A DNA stretch of 26,077 bases from positions 1 to 26,077 of IMG/VR virus record IMGVR_UViG_3300032216_001518, one strand, 5' to 3'. The position numbers were made by a program, and so were the translations under genes. The DNA comes from a virus. Lineage: Duplodnaviria > Caudoviricetes. Under the pieces are notes generated by a model. It was not told the origin of the DNA. It searched no databases and worked only from the letters and a program-made list of their open reading frames with translations. Shown here in pieces: positions 24,065 to 26,077 of the stretch (position 1 is its first letter; each line of letters begins with the position of its first letter).

Positions 24065-25516
24065 TCACGTCACCCGGAGCGTCACGCTGGACACCGTGGA
24101 CGTGAAGATCCACGGCTTGAGGCTGTACCGGTTCGCGTCGATCACGTCCTTGAGCGGGTGCTTCGGATCGTAGTCCCAGGTCTGGAGCGCACGGATCAAG
24201 AGCTCACAGCGCGGGTGAACCACGTAGTCGCCCGTCGCGATGGCGCCATACATCCAGCGACAGCCCTTGTCCATCGCCTCCACGCTGCGGACGTGGTCTT
24301 TGGCGTTCAGCACTTGTGGGGAAAGCGCGCGATAGCTGATGCCCATCTCGATGACGAGCGCCTTCATCGTGTTGATGTTGGACTTCTGAACCCACCGCGA
24401 TTCCACGGGGTTGTCGCCGTGAACCGCGTAGAGGTCCCCCCACTTGAGGCCGTTGCGGGCGAGCATCGTGAGGACGGCGCGGGCGAACTCCTGGGTGGTC
24501 GCCGTGCCGGGCATCGTGACCTCGTCAAGGACGAGGACGCGTGCAAACTTGTTGCCCTTCTCGTCGGTGTACGGCTGCACCTTGGAAAGCACGGCGCAGT
24601 GGCCATAATCGCGGTCGGCGGTCGCGTAGTCGAAGCCGAGGACGTGCCGAATCGTGCCGCGGGCAGGGTCGAGGTCGATACCCTTGCGGACGTGCCGCAG
24701 GACGTCAAAGCACTTGAAAAACACGCCCTCGGGGCGGGTCTCCCATTCGCCGTCGAGAACGACCGGCGCCGTCATGGCGGGGGTCTTGGCGCGCTCCCCA
24801 GCGATCCACGCCTCGTCCATGACGGTCCCGTCGAGGAGCGTGAGGGGTCGACGGGCGCCGAGGGGGGTGAGATTCGCGGCGGTGAGGCGCGCGTGAACCT
24901 CGGTGACGGCCCCGATCTTGACCATCTCGCGCAGCCACTCCGTCGGGCGGTTGATGGGCGTCAGCGTGATGCCGATGGAGCCAGCGCGGCGCATGACGCG
25001 GCGATCGAGCTCGCGGTACACGTCGTCGTCGCAGGGCTCGTCGACATGGACGTAGTCGATCGTCGCGCCCGCCAGCGCCTCGGGGCCTTGATTCGTCGTG
25101 CGGAAGCGGACGATCGAGCCGTTTTGGAACACAACGGCGGGGTTGTCCTTGCCAAAGCCGTTGCGCGGGTCCCATCGTGTCGACCGGATTTGGTCCTTCG
25201 GCACCAGCGACCAAAACTTGCCCATGATCGCCACGGACTGCGCCCAGGACGTGCAGACGATCCAGATTTCAACCGGCGGGCGGCGCGTGGGGTAGAACGG
25301 GTGTGTTCCGGTGGCGCGATAGATGACTTCGGCTATTCCGACGTAGGTTTTTCCCAGCTGGTTGCCGGCGCGCAGGAGCTTTCGGGGCTCGGCCATCGCC
25401 AGCCACTCCCTCTGCGGTGGCGTCCAGCGGATATGCGCAAGCGGATCCGCCTCGACACGCTCACGGAGCGAGCGGGCGGCGTCAAGGACTCGGAGTAGGT
25501 CGAGGCCGGGGGTCAC
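24065..25516 (-). CDS. terL: Terminase large subunit
   Basis: Walker A RAGNQLGKT, Walker B YVHVDE, ITLTP coupling motif, and RNase H-like nuclease residues VLGFD and DVIDANRY. Confidence 0.95.
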   Translation of the reverse strand: MTPGLDLLRVLDAARSLRERVEADPLAHIRWTPPQREWLAMAEPRKLLRAGNQLGKTYVGIAEVIYRATGTHPFYPTRRPPVEIWIVCTSWAQSVAIMGKFWSLVPKDQIRSTRWDPRNGFGKDNPAVVFQNGSIVRFRTTNQGPEALAGATIDYVHVDEPCDDDVYRELDRRVMRRAGSIGITLTPINRPTEWLREMVKIGAVTEVHARLTAANLTPLGARRPLTLLDGTVMDEAWIAGERAKTPAMTAPVVLDGEWETRPEGVFFKCFDVLRHVRKGIDLDPARGTIRHVLGFDYATADRDYGHCAVLSKVQPYTDEKGNKFARVLVLDEVTMPGTATTQEFARAVLTMLARNGLKWGDLYAVHGDNPVESRWVQKSNINTMKALVIEMGISYRALSPQVLNAKDHVRSVEAMDKGCRWMYGAIATGDYVVHPRCELLIRALQTWDYDPKHPLKDVIDANRYSLKPWIFTSTVSSVTLRVT

Positions 25517-25557
25517 CGCTGTAGAGCGCGGGCCGCCTCATGCGATCCGGGGTGCAT
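25513..25557 (-). CDS. 14-aa mini-ORF coupled to terL
   Basis: CAGAGAACGC-ATG, MHPGSHEAARALQR*. The stop overlaps the terL GTG. Confidence 0.35.
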   Translation of the reverse strand: MHPGSHEAARALQR

Positions 25558-25570
25558 GCGTTCTCTGTGG

Positions 25571-26008
25571 TCAGCCGAGCATAGCCCGGATCTCGTCCTG
25601 CATGCCCGGCGGAAGCGCGTGGATGGTCTCCACCAGCGCCGCCATGATGGCCTGCGGGTCTCCGGCCTGACGCTTGCGCTCCTCGATGGCGGCGAGCTCG
25701 GCGGCACGGGCGGCCACGATGTCGCGCTCCAAGGAGGAGAGCGCGGAGACGGCGGCCCATGAGCCGTCCTCGGTGGCGGCGGTCACCCGATGACGGACGC
25801 GGGCCAGGTCGTCGGACTCGGCGCTGATGATACGCGCCCATGTCGCCCGGCGGCGCTCGCTGCGAAGGCCGGCGGCACGGGCGATGGCGGCGACGGCCGG
25901 CGTGAAGCTGCCAGCGGTGCGGGCTTCCTTGCCAACGTCAAGGATCGCCTCGATGTCCACCTGGATTTCGAGTTCTCGGCGCGAGGGGGTGCCGTCAGGT
26001 GCGTTCAT
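25571..26008 (-). CDS. Putative terminase small subunit
   Basis: 145-aa helical protein upstream of terL. Synteny only. Confidence 0.55.
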   Translation of the reverse strand: MNAPDGTPSRRELEIQVDIEAILDVGKEARTAGSFTPAVAAIARAAGLRSERRRATWARIISAESDDLARVRHRVTAATEDGSWAAVSALSSLERDIVAARAAELAAIEERKRQAGDPQAIMAALVETIHALPPGMQDEIRAMLG

Positions 26009-26014
26009 GGCGGC

Positions 26015-26044
26015 ATCCTACCCCGTAAAGATCGGGAATGACAA
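26015..26044 (-). promoter_or_regulatory. Putative leaderless promoter of the packaging operon
   Basis: TTGTCA-N18-TAGGAT, then 6 nt to ATG 26008. No SD. Confidence 0.6.
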
Positions 26045-26077
26045 CGAGCGCGCGCGCGAAACGCGACAAGAACGCCA

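Larger units (their letters stand above)
1..26077. mobile_element. Tailed dsDNA phage/prophage segment (siphovirus-like packaging, head, tail and lysis modules plus accessory genes)
   Basis: Terminase motifs, portal-scaffold-capsid order, tail chaperone frameshift, tape measure and M15 endolysin in a tightly coupled minus-strand operon. No integrase or host genes are visible, so free phage and prophage cannot be distinguished. Confidence 0.95.

Noticed and set aside
5900-26041. Many long plus-strand ORFs (e.g. 12908-14476, 22611-24173, 24020-25498)
   Set aside because: They are antisense shadows of real minus-strand genes in high-GC DNA, with Arg/Gly-rich, motif-free translations.
1-26077. 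CRISPR array, tRNA, integrase/att site, reverse transcriptase or DGR repeats
   Set aside because: I saw no regularly spaced repeats, cloverleaf, catalytic recombinase, RT motifs or template/variable repeat pair by eye. Short att sites could be missed.
1-26077. Alternative genetic code or stop-codon reassignment
   Set aside because: TAG, TGA and TAA all end genes at sensible, tightly coupled positions, and core genes are intact in code 11.

Overview
High-GC segment of a tailed (siphovirus-like) phage or prophage. Most of the window is a minus-strand morphogenesis and lysis operon read from right to left: terS, terL, portal, scaffold, major capsid, several head accessory genes, head-tail adaptor, tail terminator, major tail protein, tail assembly chaperone with a -1 frameshift, an HK97-gp10-like gene, tape measure, three or four tail-tip/fibre genes, an M15 endolysin and further lysis-type genes. 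The lysis region is split by a ~3 kb plus-strand island (about 2180-5240). The island opens with a near-consensus promoter and an upstream palindrome. Three tiny unknown ORFs and an HTH gene follow (an acr-aca-like layout), then DUF1643, MazG-like, resolvase-HTH and Zn-finger genes. It ends in a solitary hairpin resembling a type I-E CRISPR repeat. A second unexplained layer is regulatory: a (G/C)AGAGAACGC motif sits directly before four late start codons, an antisense copy of it lies in a two-state RNA hairpin after the capsid gene, the capsid gene has a structured leader, and related sigma70-type promoters (some leaderless) lie inside the late region. All family calls come from motif recognition and synteny by eye; no searches were run.
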